DNA of 64,000 bases, from positions 310,001-374,000 of the forward strand of contig AP026131.1 of assembly GCA_030295235.1 (NCBI GenBank). Reading direction: 5' to 3'. The notes beneath the pieces are model-generated. The model was not told the DNA's origin, ran no database searches, and worked only from the letters and a program-made list of their open reading frames with translations. How positions within the stretch are numbered: the first letter of the stretch is position 1; every line of letters starts with the position of its first letter. This document shows positions 62,137 to 64,000 of the stretch, one piece after another. The DNA is from Fistulifera solaris (Eukaryota). The translations under genes were made by a program, and so were the position numbers.

Positions 62137-63293
62137 TGTTGGCGTAGAGAGAAATTTCTCACTGTAGAGAGAAATTTCTCACTATAGAGAAAGAAATTGC
62201 TATCTCAAAAGTGCATTTTCTCCCTATAGAAAGAAATTGCTCTCTATAAAGAGAAATATCTCTCTAGCTCGATTGAGTAAGTAACGAAACTCAACAGCAA
62301 TAACACGCTTTTCAATTAAGGTTTTTGCGTTTCAACGGAATCCGACGCAAACTCTCATCGCTCATCGCTCATCGCGTTCACATAATTCACAACACTCGCA
62401 AATCTCACTCGTTCAATCTTTTATTTAGAAAAAGGCCCATTTAGACTATCCAAACAAGATAATCTTGAAAAATATCTATTGGGAATTCATAGGCAAATGC
62501 TGGTTCATGAAATCAGTGCGAAATGAAGATTGGGTTCTTTGACGGGCTCTCACACCGACGGCTCGTGGATGCGACCGTGAGTTTTCTATCGACCCAGCAT
62601 CCAAAGCCAACAGGATAGACCTCTTGTTGGTCCTTTCCTTTCTTCTTTGCAGCAGCGTAACGTTCTTTCTCCCACTCCTTCGGTCAAAGAATCTTCTGGC
62701 TCTAAAGCTGCAATTTTTTCGAGTAAGAATCAAGTATTGCTGCTGATAAACGAAGCAGCCCCGGACCGCGTAAATTTGCCAGACTTCAGTCAGCATGGAA
62801 ACAACACGCTTTGTTCAAGATGAGCCTCGGATCAAAAGTGCGCTTGTCACAATAAAACAATGGTGGTGGTGAAATTGGCTCGTCGTAACCAGCACATGAA
62901 GCCAAGAATGGCACTCGGCCTGCAAACGCGCCATCCTTCTTTCCAGAGCTAAGCCCCAACAATCCTGTTGAAGGAGGTTGATTGATAATAAGTAATTAGA
63001 AGTGTTTGTGTAACTCCGAAGCCTTGTTTTTGTGTTGCGGTCGATTGCGGTCGCGATGAGAATTTTCGGTGATGCTTCATTTTTGGAAAAATCATAACCT
63101 TAATTGAAACCACAAGTAAGACACGGTTAAAATTTTGAAAAGAGAGATTTTTCTCACTATAGAGAGAAATTTCTCACTATAGAGATTTTTCTCTCTAAAG
63201 AGAGCAAATTCTCTCTATAGAGAAAATGCTCTCTTGAGGGAGCATTTTCTCTCTATAGAGAGAAATTTTTCTGTGGCTAATAAAGTACCAACA
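62137..63293. mobile_element. MITE-like element with ~110-130-bp imperfect inverted ends built from CTATAGAGAGAAATTTCTC subrepeats
   Basis: 62144-62267 aligns with the reverse complement of 63141-63270. The outer ends read TGTTGG...CCAACA. The interior has no intact recognisable ORF, and no TSD was seen. Confidence 0.55.
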
Positions 63294-63599
63294 CGTTTTA
63301 AGGGCTAAGTAATTTAACCGTTTCGAACGCTCAAAGTAAACATTTATCGCCGATAGCTATTTTTACTGTTACAATAAATTATATCAATACGACATGAATG
63401 CCCTCTATTCTGAAACCGGTCGGACGTAGCAGTTTCCGCCAAGCTCCCTGGTACTGGTACATTTCCTACGGATTCCTTTCACTGGACTACGAAATAAGAA
63501 GAAACAAGAAACCCGCAAGCGTTTCTTGGCTTTCGACATCTTTTTGGACCGCGCTCTTCTCATACTTCTCCAAAAATCCTCCGATCGGCCGAGAACAAC

Positions 63600-64000
63600 A
63601 TGAACTGTTCTATTGTTTGCAATGCCATCGGATGTCGGACCAGAGCGAAATACCGCTGCAGCGATTGTCAAAAAGTATGGTATTGTTCACAGGTCTGTCA
63701 AGAGAAGGACTGGAAGCTACACCACAAAGACCTCTGTCCGATTTACAAGATATCGGATGATGAGGGGCCCGCTGGGCTCCTCATGTTAACCGAGATGCTA
63801 TTCGGAAAAGTTCCGTGGCATTGCATTTTTAGTGACGAGGCAAGACTGCGGCGCTTTGCCAAAGGATCCCTTGATATGGGAATCATCGTTGAAGACAGCG
63901 ATGGACGTCCTCTCACGATGGATATCTACGACAACGAACTGTCTCCAGAAGAACGTCACGCAGCTATGGTTGGCCTTGTCATGTCTCGCATGACTGACCT
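63600..64000 (+). CDS. MYND-type zinc finger protein (3'-partial, absent from the ORF track)
   Basis: ATG at 63600 opens MNCSIVCNAIGCRTRAKYRCSDCQKVWYCSQVCQEKDWKLHHKDLC, and the frame stays open to the end of the window. Confidence 0.85.
   Translation, partial: MNCSIVCNAIGCRTRAKYRCSDCQKVWYCSQVCQEKDWKLHHKDLCPIYKISDDEGPAGLLMLTEMLFGKVPWHCIFSDEARLRRFAKGSLDMGIIVEDSDGRPLTMDIYDNELSPEERHAAMVGLVMSRMTD

Overview
Gene-dense eukaryotic DNA with short GT-AG introns, most likely from a diatom. This is inferred from the DUF6824-type protein, the diatom-type 'V.FG.V.VR...LG.NP...GPP..L.W' family, the BiP signal peptide and the mitochondrial carbamate kinase. About 25 protein-coding genes are recognisable: a DUF6824 protein, an RluA pseudouridine synthase fused to a PHPT1/Janus domain, gelsolin, COPI zeta (duplicated in tandem), AP endonuclease, BiP, a bZIP factor, insulinase, a YAK1/DYRK kinase, MscS, UAP56, FadH, an ABC1 kinase, mitochondrial aspartate aminotransferase, a methyltransferase, patatin, a second RluA, PabAB, a ubiquitin-like membrane protein, BMT2, a Spondin_N protein and a MYND protein. 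Many genes carry single-base indels in homopolymer runs, which look like uncorrected long-read errors. The top candidate system is at 39.4-42.7 kb: an arginine-synthetase-like gene (ArcE/COG2403 family) lies head-to-head with a mitochondrially targeted carbamate kinase, and their short shared intergenic region carries a duplicated ACATC-N2-GATGT palindrome. This suggests a co-regulated, ATP-conserving arginine catabolic module in an alga. Other notable items are the RluA-phosphohistidine phosphatase fusion, a rearranged 46-53 kb region with nested long inverted repeats and a ~450-bp foldback, three tandem repeat arrays, a BiP/bZIP divergent pair with a G-box dyad, and a MITE-like element at 62-63 kb. 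All family assignments come from recognising motifs by eye, not from database searches.
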